Below, one piece after another: positions 37,991 to 47,716 of a stretch of 62,452 nt of DNA. Positions within the stretch are counted from its first letter, which is position 1. Each line of letters starts with the position of its first letter. Origin of the DNA: Nitrospirales bacterium (GTDB lineage Bacteria > Nitrospirota > Nitrospiria > Nitrospirales > UBA8639); assembly GCA_009377845.1 (NCBI GenBank), contig WHTE01000001.1, positions 1-62,452 of the forward strand, read 5' to 3'. A program made the position numbers and the translations under genes. The notes under the pieces are model-generated. The model was given only the letters and a program-made list of their open reading frames with translations, was not told the DNA's origin and made no database searches.

Positions 37991-38744
37991 CGTCCTGACA
38001 CTGTTCCCAGAGCTGATTCTCTCCGTGGGCTCACAGAGCATGATGAAGCGCGCCCAGGATAAAGGCCTGCTGACGCTTCACGTCCACAACCTTCGAGACT
38101 ACACAGATGATCCGCATCGAACCGCCGATGATACTCCTTATGGGGGCGGTGGAGGGATGGTCATAAAGGCCGAACCGATTTTTCGAGCCATTGACAGGAT
38201 TGAACAAGACCTGGGGGAAATACGCATGATCGTTCCTTCCCCACAGGGCATTCAGTTTTCTCATGGCCTCGCTCGTGACCTCAGCCTGGAAACTCGCCCC
38301 TTGATGTTTATTTGTGGGCATTATGAAGGGATCGATGAGCGAGTCAGAACCCACTTTCCGGTTGAAGAGATTTCCCTCGGGGATTACGTGCTGACAGGTG
38401 GTGAATTGCCCGCACTTGTGATGATTGATGCGGCCATGCGTCTCATCCCTGGAGTTTTGGGTGATCCACATTCCGCTCAACAGGAATCGTTTGTGGAATC
38501 CTTATTGGATTTTCCTCATTTTACCAAACCCGTTGAAATGCGCGGGATGTCCGTTCCCGATATTTTAATGTCCGGCAACCATGAAGCGATCCGCCGTTGG
38601 CGTCGAAAAGAATCGCTGCGCCAGACACTGCTGAAACGCCCGGATCTGTTAGATCGCCATACCTGGAGCAGTGAAGATCGTCAGTTATTGGAAGAAATTG
38701 AACAAAACTATACCTCGACGTCCTGTAGTACGACGAGACCTTGA
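37980..38744 (+). CDS. trmD: tRNA (guanine-N1)-methyltransferase
   Basis: DVLTLFPE, DDTPYGGGGGM, CGHYEGIDER, SLGDYVLTGGE. Confidence 0.97.
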   Translation: MRCDVLTLFPELILSVGSQSMMKRAQDKGLLTLHVHNLRDYTDDPHRTADDTPYGGGGGMVIKAEPIFRAIDRIEQDLGEIRMIVPSPQGIQFSHGLARDLSLETRPLMFICGHYEGIDERVRTHFPVEEISLGDYVLTGGELPALVMIDAAMRLIPGVLGDPHSAQQESFVESLLDFPHFTKPVEMRGMSVPDILMSGNHEAIRRWRRKESLRQTLLKRPDLLDRHTWSSEDRQLLEEIEQNYTSTSCSTTRP

Positions 38745-38759
38745 AGGAGGGAGACTCTC

Positions 38760-39221
38760 ATGAATCAGTTGGAGCGTTTAGAACAGTCGTTGGCACAAGG
38801 AACCGTGCCATTTTTTGAAATTGGAGACACGGTGAGAGTCAAGGTGCGCGTCGTGGAAGAACGACAATACGGGAAAAAGAAAGAAGAAGCGAAAGAACGC
38901 ATTCAAGTGTTTGAAGGCCTGGTGATCGCACGCAAAGGCCGCAAGGTGGCCGAAAACTTCACAGTTCGTAAAATATCCTTTGGCGTCGGGGTCGAACGGA
39001 TTTTCCCGCTTCACTCACCCAACCTTGCCGGCATCGAAGTCGTGAGAAAAGGGCAAGTGCGGCGCGCGAAGTTGTATTACCTTCGAGACAAAAAAGGCAA
39101 GGCTGCCAAAATTTCAGAACGGGAATTTTCGCGAGTGGCCAAAGCCAGCAAACACGCAGCGGCTACGGCAGTTGAAGTTCCCTCGACCGGTGAATCGGAA
39201 AGTCCTGAAGAATCCCAATAA
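38760..39221 (+). CDS. rplS: 50S ribosomal protein L19
   Basis: [42 protein letters not shown]. Confidence 0.97.
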   Translation: MNQLERLEQSLAQGTVPFFEIGDTVRVKVRVVEERQYGKKKEEAKERIQVFEGLVIARKGRKVAENFTVRKISFGVGVERIFPLHSPNLAGIEVVRKGQVRRAKLYYLRDKKGKAAKISEREFSRVAKASKHAAATAVEVPSTGESESPEESQ

Positions 39222-39222
39222 G

Positions 39223-39250
39223 GCAGGAGAAAGGTCTAACCTTTCCCTGC
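39223..39250 (+). terminator. Hairpin after rplS
   Basis: GCAGGAGAAAGG-TCTAA-CCTTTCCCTGC imperfect stem; no strong U-tract. Confidence 0.35.
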
Positions 39251-39274
39251 ACACTGACTCCTTCAGTTTAGGGT

Positions 39275-39886
39275 ATGGGTCCTACAGATTTTTTTGAACA
39301 AGCTGCTCGAGCCCGTGGATTTCGTCGCATTGCAGGACTGGACGAAGCCGGCCGCGGCCCTTTGGCCGGGCCGGTGGTCGCAGCAATTGTGATCCTTCCC
39401 CGCGGTTGGTCACCCGACCTTCTTGACGATTGCAAACTTCTGTCTGAACAACAACGCCAGACGTTGTATGAGGCGATTACCGTCCGGGCCTTTGCCTGGT
39501 CCGTTGGCATGGCATCAGAGCAGGAAATTGACGAACTGAATATTCTGGGTGCCACACGATTAGCCAGCTGCCGGGCCATTGAACATCTTTCCATCACACC
39601 GGATTATCTCCTGCTTGATGCCCTACACCTCCCTACCGTTTCCGTCCCTCAACGACCGGTCATCAAAGGCGACCAACTCTGCCTATCTATTGCTGCCGCA
39701 TCCATCCTGGCCAAAGTGTCCCGGGATCGTATGATGAGCACCTATCACAAACGCTTTCCTCAGTATCAGTTTCATCTCCATAAGGGCTATGCGACACCGG
39801 AACATCTCAAACGCTTACACCAGTTCGGCCCTTGTCCTGGCCATCGACGAAGCTTTCGGCCTGTGCAAGCCTGCCTGGATGCGTGA
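39275..39886 (+). CDS. rnhB: Ribonuclease HII
   Basis: GLDEAGRGPLAGPVVA, IKGD, SIAAASILAKVSRD, HKGY. Confidence 0.96.
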   Translation: MGPTDFFEQAARARGFRRIAGLDEAGRGPLAGPVVAAIVILPRGWSPDLLDDCKLLSEQQRQTLYEAITVRAFAWSVGMASEQEIDELNILGATRLASCRAIEHLSITPDYLLLDALHLPTVSVPQRPVIKGDQLCLSIAAASILAKVSRDRMMSTYHKRFPQYQFHLHKGYATPEHLKRLHQFGPCPGHRRSFRPVQACLDA

Positions 39887-39894
39887 TCGTTTGC

Positions 39895-40281
39895 ATGACC
39901 TCTCCTTCTCAACATTTCGGTCGATCGGCAGAGGCCTTGGCTGAACAATGGCTGCAGAAAAAAGGCTATCACATTCTCGAGAGAAATCTGCGCCTAGGCG
40001 GCGGAGAATTGGATCTTATTGCGCAACACCATGACACACTGGTGTTTATTGAAGTCAAGGGACGACGCACCACTCAGTTCGGCGGGGCGCCTTATGCCAT
40101 CGATGACCGCAAAAAACGCCAAATCATTAAGTTGGCTTCCTATTATCTTTCTCGACACGGCCTCAGCAACCAACTTTGCCGGTTTGATGTTATCCTGATC
40201 ACTGGAACTGGCCAGGATTCTCCGAAATTAACTCACCTGAAACAGGCTTTTGAGGTTTCCAGCTCCGACTGGCAATGGTAA
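39895..40281 (+). CDS. yraN: YraN family (UPF0102) nuclease-like protein
   Basis: GRSAEALA, ERN, GELDLIA, LVFIEVK.R, CRFDV. Confidence 0.9.
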   Translation: MTSPSQHFGRSAEALAEQWLQKKGYHILERNLRLGGGELDLIAQHHDTLVFIEVKGRRTTQFGGAPYAIDDRKKRQIIKLASYYLSRHGLSNQLCRFDVILITGTGQDSPKLTHLKQAFEVSSSDWQW

Positions 40282-40425
40282 ATTAAACGGATCTGCTTCA
40301 GAATGAGGCCCAATTTCTGAATTTGGACGATTAACGTCTCTTTGCTTGAGACAGCACCAAGAAGGGAAAAGATGGGATACCCCCTTTCTCTCATGGGCAT
40401 TTCAATGCCCGGGTAATCAGTTAGC

Positions 40426-41094
40426 ATGATTCAATTATTTCACGTCACGAAATACTACGATGGTTGCCTCGCGCTCTCAGATATTTCCCTGCGAATCGAA
40501 AAAGGCGAATGCGTGTTACTCACAGGCCCAAGCGGGGCCGGCAAGACCACCTTGCTCAAACTTATTTTTGGAGCGGAACATCCTGATGAGGGACAAATTC
40601 TCGTCCAAAATCGAAACATCGCCCGCCTCCGTCGATCCGATATCCCGTATCATCGTCGAACCATGGGGTATGTTCTTCAGGATTTCAAGCTGCTCCCACA
40701 GCGGACTGTCTTCGAAAATGTGGCACTCCCACTGATTATCCGGGGGTTGTCATCGTTCGAATCACGGAGAAAAGTCACGGAAGCCCTTCGGGCGGTTGGC
40801 ATGGAACACAAAAAAAGCACCATTGCTTTTGTGCTCTCCGCCGGGGAGCAGCAACGGGCTTGCATCGCCCGTGCCATTGTGAACAGTCCGATCATCCTCC
40901 TGGCAGACGAGCCAACGGGGAATTTGGACCCACAGCTCACCACCGAAATCGCTGCATTATTTAAAGCCATCAATACCCGAGGAACCACAGTCATGATGGC
41001 AACACACAACCGACAAGTGGTCGAGCAATTGAACGGGAGGATTCTCCGACTGGATTGTGGGCACCTCTTGTCCGATCAAGGAGCCTATACGTGA
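40426..41094 (+). CDS. ftsE: Cell division ATP-binding protein FtsE
   Basis: GPSGAGKTT, QDFKLL, LSAGEQQR, ADEPTGNLD; upstream of ftsX. Confidence 0.92.
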   Translation: MIQLFHVTKYYDGCLALSDISLRIEKGECVLLTGPSGAGKTTLLKLIFGAEHPDEGQILVQNRNIARLRRSDIPYHRRTMGYVLQDFKLLPQRTVFENVALPLIIRGLSSFESRRKVTEALRAVGMEHKKSTIAFVLSAGEQQRACIARAIVNSPIILLADEPTGNLDPQLTTEIAALFKAINTRGTTVMMATHNRQVVEQLNGRILRLDCGHLLSDQGAYT

Positions 41095-41990
41095 AACGGT
41101 TCTGGTATTTTATCCGTGAAGCCTACACCAGCATCCACACCCATCAAGCGAGTACGCTGATTGGCATTGTCACGACCGCGTTTACCCTGACCAGTTTTGG
41201 AATCTTTCTCCTCCTGTACCATAATGTGCATAATATACTTGGACGGGTACAACACAACATTCAAATCATTGTGTACCCCAAGGATAATATCGAACCTGGC
41301 AAGCTTCACGATCTACAACAAGCCATCAAAACCGAGCCCGCGGTGGATTCCCTGATCTTTATTTCCAAGCAAGACGCGTTAACGGAATTTACACATCAAT
41401 TTCCTGATGAAGTGTACCTCTTGGAAGGCCTTGGCGAGAGCCCGTTTCCCGCTTCACTGGTGTTGACCATGGCCGCGAAAACTCCAACCACGGACATGAT
41501 TTCCAACCTGGTCAATCGCCTGCAGCACAATCCAGATATCGAGCGAGTTCGGTATAATCGAGATTGGATCGAGCGCCTGACCCTCCTCAGCGCCTATATG
41601 GAGTTAGGGGCGCTGGTCGTTGGAGGCATTTTGGCCTTAGCGTCCATTACCATTATTGCGAATACCGTGCAACTCGCGTTTTATGCCAGAGAGCAAGAAA
41701 TTGAAATCTTACGGTTAATCGGAGCAACCAGTTTGTTTATCAGTATTCCCTATCTTATTGAAGGGGCAATTTTAGGGGCCGCCGGAGGTGGCGTTGCCCT
41801 GGGATTCCTACGCGGCGGGTTTGAACTCTTCACACACAAAATCCAAGGATTGAGTGTGTTTGGAGGATTTTCCTCCGTTTTTGAGTTTTTCCCGCTTCCA
41901 CTTTCACTCCTTCTGATTGGAGGAGGTATTCTGATGGGGTGCCTGGGAACACTAACCACCATCTATGGTTCTATGCGATTTCGTCTATGA
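41091..41990 (+). CDS. ftsX: Cell division permease FtsX
   Basis: IANTVQL...REQEIEILRLIGAT..FI..PYLIEG; GTG start overlaps the ftsE stop. Confidence 0.9.
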   Translation: MKRFWYFIREAYTSIHTHQASTLIGIVTTAFTLTSFGIFLLLYHNVHNILGRVQHNIQIIVYPKDNIEPGKLHDLQQAIKTEPAVDSLIFISKQDALTEFTHQFPDEVYLLEGLGESPFPASLVLTMAAKTPTTDMISNLVNRLQHNPDIERVRYNRDWIERLTLLSAYMELGALVVGGILALASITIIANTVQLAFYAREQEIEILRLIGATSLFISIPYLIEGAILGAAGGGVALGFLRGGFELFTHKIQGLSVFGGFSSVFEFFPLPLSLLLIGGGILMGCLGTLTTIYGSMRFRL

Positions 41991-43183
41991 CTCTCTTCAA
42001 AACATCATTGAACACGGGAGTGGTCTTCTCCGGGCTGCTCTTTCTCTTGAGCCAAGCTGGTTGGGGTGCCGATCCCTCAACCATCAAAGAGGAAATCACC
42101 CAGGAACGCCTGCGGTTGAAACAACTCAATCAAGAAATCGCAGAAACCCAAAAAAAGGCACAGCGGATCGAAAAGAAGCATGGGTCGGTATTGAAAACGA
42201 TCGAAAAATTGGACAGACAGCTCTACGACCAAAAGAAAGAACGCAACCACATCAATCAACAGATTAAAGAGAAAGACCAGGAATTGGCCAACCTGAGCAC
42301 GAAGATTGCTGAATTAGGGAAAGACATTCAAACCCGTCAATCCTCCATTTCCGCCCGACTTCGGATATTATATATGGAAGGGCGCACAGGATATTGGAAA
42401 ACGCTCTTCGCGGCCGATTCATTCACCGATGCCGCTCATCGGATGGATTATATTTCCTGGGTGGCTCAACGGGAGCATCAACTTGTCCGACAATTTCAAG
42501 AAGACCTTTCGAATCTCCAATTGCTCAATGAACAACAGACCAACGCTCGCGAGGAACTCCTTCACCTCCAGGGTGAAACCCAACAAACCATCCAGAAAAT
42601 GTCAGGGCTCAAACGTCAAAAACGCACAGTATTGGTCAGTCTCTCCAAGGAAAAAGATTCCCATGAACGCATGGTTGAAGATCTCCAGAATTCGGCTGAA
42701 CAAGTGGATAAGCTTCTCAAAGAATTGGACCAACGATTTCAGTTGGCTCAATCTCGGATGCGCCAACCGCCCGGACGTCTCCCCTCTCTTGGGTCCCTAC
42801 TCTGGCCAGTGGAAGGAAAAGTGGTCTCGTATTTTGGTCGGCAAAAACATCCAACCTTTGATACATTTGTGAATAAAAAAGGCATAGAAATCCAAGCCAA
42901 GGAAGGCAGCCCCATTCACTCAGTTTCATCGGGAAAAGTGGTCTATGCCGATTGGCTCAAAGGATACGGCCTCGTGGTCATCGTAGACCATACCAATGGT
43001 TTTTATTCCCTGTACGCCCATGCCTCGAAAATCTTAGTGGCCGAAGGAAACTCCGTGACCAACGGACAAGTCATTGGCGAAACAGGCGAAACAGGGGTAA
43101 CAGAAGAAGGCGCCCTCTATTTTGAATTGCGAAAAGGCACCACCCCTATCGATCCTCTGAAATGGCTGGCAAAACGGCCCTAA
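41987..43183 (+). CDS. envC: Murein hydrolase activator EnvC (coiled coil plus degenerate M23 domain)
   Basis: Signal peptide, long coiled coil, LLWPVEG, KKGIEI, YADWLKGYG, LYFELRK (Zn ligands missing). Confidence 0.85.
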   Translation: MTLFKTSLNTGVVFSGLLFLLSQAGWGADPSTIKEEITQERLRLKQLNQEIAETQKKAQRIEKKHGSVLKTIEKLDRQLYDQKKERNHINQQIKEKDQELANLSTKIAELGKDIQTRQSSISARLRILYMEGRTGYWKTLFAADSFTDAAHRMDYISWVAQREHQLVRQFQEDLSNLQLLNEQQTNAREELLHLQGETQQTIQKMSGLKRQKRTVLVSLSKEKDSHERMVEDLQNSAEQVDKLLKELDQRFQLAQSRMRQPPGRLPSLGSLLWPVEGKVVSYFGRQKHPTFDTFVNKKGIEIQAKEGSPIHSVSSGKVVYADWLKGYGLVVIVDHTNGFYSLYAHASKILVAEGNSVTNGQVIGETGETGVTEEGALYFELRKGTTPIDPLKWLAKRP

Positions 43184-43210
43184 TCGATTAACTGAAAGAA
43201 GGAACGCCAC

Positions 43211-44545
43211 ATGTCACATGAACGATTGTCGACGGTAGTGATTTCTGGTCTGACCTTGACCGCCATCCTCTTTGTGGGCATTTTAATCGGAAAAGGAGGA
43301 GATCGGGCGGGTTATGCCAGTGAACCATACGAAGAATTGCAGGTCTTCGCCGAAGTGCTCTCCCAAGTCAAGAAGCATTATGTGGAAGAAACAAAAACCA
43401 AAGACCTCGTGCAGGGCGCCCTTCGAGGCATGCTGGCCGGATTGGATCCGCATTCGTCCTTTATGACCCCAGACATGTTTAAAGAAATGCAAGTCGAAAC
43501 CAAGGGAGAGTTTGGCGGACTCGGCATCCAAATCGGTATAAAAAACAATCGGCTGACCGTGATCTCCCCCATTGAAGATACCCCGGCTTTCGATGCTGGC
43601 ATCCAGCCCGGCGACACCATCATCAAAGTCGACGACAAGCCGACCAAAGATCTCACGCTCATGGAAGCCGTTCAGCAAATGCGAGGGCCACGCGGAACAT
43701 CCGTGCAATTGACCATCGAGCGTGAGGGCATGGAAAAGCCGCTGGTCTTCACCCTCAAACGCGATATCATTAAAATTCAAAGTGTTCGCTCCAAACTGTT
43801 GGAAGGCAATCTCGGATACGTTCGATTGAGCCAATTCCAAGAAGCCACAGCCGACGATCTGACCACAGAATTGGAAAAATTAGTATCCAAGGAAATTCAA
43901 GGCTTAATCATCGATCTCCGGAATAATCCCGGCGGCCTATTGACCGCCGCAGTGGGAGTCTCCGAACAATTCTTAGAATCTGGTCGCTTGGTCGTCTCCA
44001 TACAAGGACGAAACAGCAAGAAGGATGAATACCGCGCCAAAGCCAATAGTAAAAACTATCAATATCCGATGATTGTTTTGGTGAATCATGGTTCTGCCAG
44101 TGCCTCGGAAATCGTGGCCGCAGCGATGCAGGATTGGGGAAAAGCGGTGGTCATCGGCACCACAACCTTTGGAAAGGGGTCTGTCCAAACGATTCTCCCT
44201 CTCTCCGATGGATCAGGCCTTCGGCTTACCACGGCGAAATACTATACGCCAAAAGGCAAGTCTATCCATTCCGTCGGCGTTCAACCCGACATTGTGATTG
44301 ACCCGAAGCCCACCCAGTTGGCGAAACAGGAAACCCCTGAAGGGAAAAAAGAAGGAAACGCCGAGGACCCCCAAGCACCCTCTGCGGCTAAACCCCCGGC
44401 AAGCTCGCCCCCGCCCCCGGCCAATTCGACGCCTCCGGACAAGGATCAGGCTCAGCCGATTCCACCCGAAGACGTTCAATTGTTAAAAGCTGTGGAAATG
44501 TTGAAATCCTGGAAGGTCTTCAAGCAGCTACGACCGGCCGCGTAA
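43211..44545 (+). CDS. ctpA: Carboxyl-terminal processing protease (S41, PDZ)
   Basis: LDPHS, GEFGGLGI, DLRNNPGG, SASASEIV, TFGKGSVQ. Confidence 0.93.
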   Translation: MSHERLSTVVISGLTLTAILFVGILIGKGGDRAGYASEPYEELQVFAEVLSQVKKHYVEETKTKDLVQGALRGMLAGLDPHSSFMTPDMFKEMQVETKGEFGGLGIQIGIKNNRLTVISPIEDTPAFDAGIQPGDTIIKVDDKPTKDLTLMEAVQQMRGPRGTSVQLTIEREGMEKPLVFTLKRDIIKIQSVRSKLLEGNLGYVRLSQFQEATADDLTTELEKLVSKEIQGLIIDLRNNPGGLLTAAVGVSEQFLESGRLVVSIQGRNSKKDEYRAKANSKNYQYPMIVLVNHGSASASEIVAAAMQDWGKAVVIGTTTFGKGSVQTILPLSDGSGLRLTTAKYYTPKGKSIHSVGVQPDIVIDPKPTQLAKQETPEGKKEGNAEDPQAPSAAKPPASSPPPPANSTPPDKDQAQPIPPEDVQLLKAVEMLKSWKVFKQLRPAA

Positions 44546-44555
44546 CGCGGCCGGT
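44533..44555. terminator. GC-rich hairpin at the ctpA / Lrp convergence
   Basis: ACCGGCCGCGT-A-ACGCGGCCGGT. Confidence 0.5.
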
Positions 44556-44577
44556 AAGGTTAAGTTGAGATGGTTCG

Positions 44578-44814
44578 TTAGAGGTCGAGAACAATTGCGG
44601 TATTCGTCTTGGTGACCCCATCGACACCTCGAAGGCGAGCCATCACAAGATCGTTCAGTTCTTCTAACGTTTCGGCTTCCACATGTGCAATTAAATCAAA
44701 AGGACCTGTCACCGGGTAGACGGCCTTCACACCCTGAATACGCGTAATAGTTTTATACGCACTTTTCGTGTGATTACCTGTCGTGTCAATCAAAACAAAT
44801 GCAGAAATTGTCAT
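44578..44814 (-). CDS. Stand-alone Lrp/AsnC ligand-binding (RAM) domain protein
   Basis: AFVLI...VTGPFDLIAHVE...GVTKTNT; no HTH domain. Confidence 0.85.
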   Translation of the reverse strand: MTISAFVLIDTTGNHTKSAYKTITRIQGVKAVYPVTGPFDLIAHVEAETLEELNDLVMARLRGVDGVTKTNTAIVLDL

Positions 44815-44892
44815 TACGTAACCATCCTGTTGAGGTGAATGCCTGATATATTTCCATATCCCTTCCATTGCTGACCTTCATTGAAACCACTG

Positions 44893-45113
44893 GAGGGAGT
44901 GTTGAAAAAGGCCGCCACCGGCGTTCTCGCTTCTTGGCTGTGCTCACGTTACTCCTCCGTACGCTCCGCCCGTCCAAGTGGCTGCGGCCTTCCCTTCGAG
45001 CGGCCTCAGGACAGGATTGGACGCGCCTTTTTGAACACTCCCTCGTTTTGTTCCGGTGGGTCTGGGTCACGCATGTGTTGATGAAAAGACCAAATAGTTG
45101 AAATATTCAACAG
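44893..45113 (-). repeat. Family B palindromic repeat or MITE-like element
   Basis: Inverted ends GAGGGAGTGTTGAAAAAGGC ... GCCTTTTTGAACACTCCCTC (44893-45044); similarity to the 60537 copy continues to TATTCAACAG. Confidence 0.8.
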
Positions 45114-45159
45114 CCCACAAGAAACCACAAGGGTACGTTTTTCATCTCACGTTCCATCT

Positions 45160-45636
45160 TCATGCCTCCTGACAAGCGACTCGCTTACTCCGAATCGCCT
45201 CCAAGATTTCCTCACCTCGAGCTCCCAACCCTGGAAGGGTTTGCAGCAAATGCGATCGGGCCAAGGCTTCCAGATCTTCCCACGTCGTGATCCCCAATCG
45301 AAAAAACAGATCGTGCACGATCGGTTCTGAAAATCCCGGGAGATTGACCCATTCCCGGACACATTCCGGAAGGGGAGTCTTCAATTCTTCATAGGCACGG
45401 ATTCGCCCGCTAGAAAGAAATTCCTGGATTTTAGCGGATAACTCCTTGCCAATTCCCGGAATAGCCTGGAGTTCACCACGTTCCGCTAACCCCGTGACAT
45501 CTTCTTGGAGGCTCTTTAGCGAATCCGCAGCCCGACGATAGGCTTTTACTTTGTAGGGATTTTCGCCTCTGGACGCCAGCAGTCCAGCCATCGACGAGAA
45601 AATTGCCGTTAAATCATGGTTCACATTTTCCTGCAT
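45160..45636 (-). CDS. Stand-alone PolX N-terminal (8-kDa lyase / helix-hairpin-helix) domain protein
   Basis: GENPYKVKAYRRAA, LQAIPGIGKELSAKIQE, LGITTWEDL, LPGLG; no palm or PHP domain. Confidence 0.8.
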   Translation of the reverse strand: MQENVNHDLTAIFSSMAGLLASRGENPYKVKAYRRAADSLKSLQEDVTGLAERGELQAIPGIGKELSAKIQEFLSSGRIRAYEELKTPLPECVREWVNLPGFSEPIVHDLFFRLGITTWEDLEALARSHLLQTLPGLGARGEEILEAIRSKRVACQEA

Positions 45637-45798
45637 TACTATCGGCTCATTCCTAAGGGAGTTTCCTTCCAACACGAACTTTCTCACGGTGTACGTTTCT
45701 CATTTTATGTCAGATTCAGGCCACAAAACCAGTTCATGCGAAAAAGCCCTCATTTCCCACAATGCCCAACTCCGCCATCACAGACCGACTTCATTTCA

Positions 45799-45828
45799 TT
45801 GACAAGAATTTCTCAAGTCCCGTAGGAT
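45799..45828 (+). promoter_or_regulatory. Putative sigma70 promoter for thiSGE
   Basis: TTGACA, 18 nt, TAGGAT. Confidence 0.4.
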
Positions 45829-45879
45829 GGATTGCTGGCATATCCTGGTTCATCGGAAATTTTCTGCCAGTATCTGTTT

Positions 45880-46089
45880 ATGAAAATTGTCGTGAATGGA
45901 GAGCAACACGAGGCGGAGGGACCTCTCACAGTTGCCCATCTTCTTCAAAAGCTTAACCTCCGTTCCGAACAAGTCGCGGTAGAGGTCAACCTTAAAATAC
46001 TGGACCGCGGCGATTTTCCCACCTGGAATCTTCACGATGGGGACAAGGTTGAAATTTTAAGTTTCATCGGGGGCGGCTCTCCCGCATGA
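45880..46089 (+). CDS. thiS: Sulfur carrier protein ThiS (ends GGG-SPA)
   Basis: MKIVVNGE...VAVEVN...[16 protein letters not shown]; precedes thiG. Confidence 0.92.
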   Translation: MKIVVNGEQHEAEGPLTVAHLLQKLNLRSEQVAVEVNLKILDRGDFPTWNLHDGDKVEILSFIGGGSPA

Positions 46090-46108
46090 GTCGACTGAAG
46101 AGACAGAG

Positions 46109-46882
46109 ATGAATCAGGATCCGTTAATCATTGCAGGCAGAAAATTCCGCTCCCGGCTCTGGGTCGGAACAGGAAAGTATAAAAACTTTGAGGAAACCCG
46201 GAATGCCATTGAGGCTTCCGGCGCTGACGTAGTCACGGTTGCCGTACGCCGGGTCAATATTACCGATAACAAATCGGAAAATTTACTGGATTACCTTGAT
46301 CCAAAGAAATACATCATCCTGCCCAATACCGCCGGGTGTTACACCGTCGAAGATGCCGTTCGTTATTCCCGACTTGCCCGCGCTGCAGGAGTCTCAGACC
46401 TGGTGAAATTAGAAGTGATCGGGGATGAACGAACACTGTTTCCTGATACCGCAGGTCTCATTGAAGCCGCAAAAATACTGATCGCGGAAGGCTTCGTGGT
46501 GTTACCCTACACCAATGACGACCCCATTGTCGCCAAAAAATTAGTCGACATCGGATGTCCTGCCGTGATGCCCCTCGCGGCCCCGATCGGCTCAGGGTTA
46601 GGCATTCGCAATCCTTACAATCTTAAAATCATTCTTGAAACCGTGAATGTGCCGGTCATCGTGGACGCCGGTGTGGGGACCGCCTCCGACGCCGCGTTAG
46701 CCATGGAATACGGAGCCGACGCAGTATTAATGAATACGGCTATTGCCGGAGCCAAGGATCCGTTGATGATGGCCACTGCGATGCGGTATGCCGTCGACGC
46801 CGGACGGTTAGCCTTCAAAGCCGGAAGAATTCCCAGGAAGTTATACGCCACCGCCAGCAGCCCGATCGAGGGCATGTTGTAG
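46109..46882 (+). CDS. thiG: Thiazole synthase
   Basis: [43 protein letters not shown]. Confidence 0.97.
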   Translation: MNQDPLIIAGRKFRSRLWVGTGKYKNFEETRNAIEASGADVVTVAVRRVNITDNKSENLLDYLDPKKYIILPNTAGCYTVEDAVRYSRLARAAGVSDLVKLEVIGDERTLFPDTAGLIEAAKILIAEGFVVLPYTNDDPIVAKKLVDIGCPAVMPLAAPIGSGLGIRNPYNLKIILETVNVPVIVDAGVGTASDAALAMEYGADAVLMNTAIAGAKDPLMMATAMRYAVDAGRLAFKAGRIPRKLYATASSPIEGML

Positions 46883-46894
46883 CCAACTTTGGGA

Positions 46895-47521
46895 ATGACC
46901 TCCCAAATTCTTCCCCGACTCTACCTTCTGACCGACCGCCATCAGACCCTTCATCGTTCCCTGTCTTCCGTGTTAACCCAAGCGATGGAAGCCGGGGCCC
47001 GCATGATTCAAATACGCGAAAAAGACCTTGGAACCCGCGATCTGATTTCCCTCTCTCATCGCCTACTCCCCCTCGTCAAGCAACATCAAGGAAAAGTCTT
47101 GTTGAATGATCGCATCGATCTGGTCATCGCCCTGGGAGCCGACGGGGTTCATCTTCGATCGGATAGTCTCCCTGTTTCCGTTGCTCGTCGCCTGTTAGGA
47201 ACCGGACACCTCATCGGCGTCTCGACTCATTCTGTTGAAGAAGCCCGAATCGCGGAGGGGGAAGGCGCTGACCTTATCGTGCTTGGTCCCATTTATGATA
47301 CCTCCTCGAAAAGATCGTATGGACCACCCTTAGGAGTCCAAGTCCTTCATGAGGCCTGTCGAACCATCCACTTGCCTATCTTTGCCATCGGAGGAATCAC
47401 CCCAACCCGGATTCCTCACGTTCTGTCATCGGGTGCCTACGGAGTCGCCGTCATCTCCTCCATTCTTCAATCGCTCTCAATACAAGACTCCACAAGGGAA
47501 TTGCTTGCACGATTATCCTGA
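46895..47521 (+). CDS. thiE: Thiamine phosphate synthase (ThiE/TenI family)
   Basis: QIREK, NDRID, ADGVHL, GVSTHS, FAIGGI. Confidence 0.85.
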   Translation: MTSQILPRLYLLTDRHQTLHRSLSSVLTQAMEAGARMIQIREKDLGTRDLISLSHRLLPLVKQHQGKVLLNDRIDLVIALGADGVHLRSDSLPVSVARRLLGTGHLIGVSTHSVEEARIAEGEGADLIVLGPIYDTSSKRSYGPPLGVQVLHEACRTIHLPIFAIGGITPTRIPHVLSSGAYGVAVISSILQSLSIQDSTRELLARLS

Positions 47522-47716
47522 ATTGTCAACTGTTTTGGTAACTCACCTCACACGTGTTTGGTTGACCCTAATTTTTTTTGGGTGGTAAGATCCCCTCATA
47601 GAATAAATTGCATGATTTCCCAATTACACCCCAACACACAGAGAGAACGGGACCCTTCTTCCATGGAGATGTGTCTCTCGGTTTCTTTAAAATGTAGAAC
47701 CAGGTAGGATGCCACG

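Noticed and set aside
44786-45101. Similar short ORFs at 44786-45101, 60415-60851 and 3769-3960 that look like a small protein family
   Set aside because: The similarity comes from translating the non-coding family B repeat.
45690-45879. TPP riboswitch upstream of thiS
   Set aside because: No CTGAGA or related TPP core motifs seen; only a short CTGGCA...TGCCAG hairpin.
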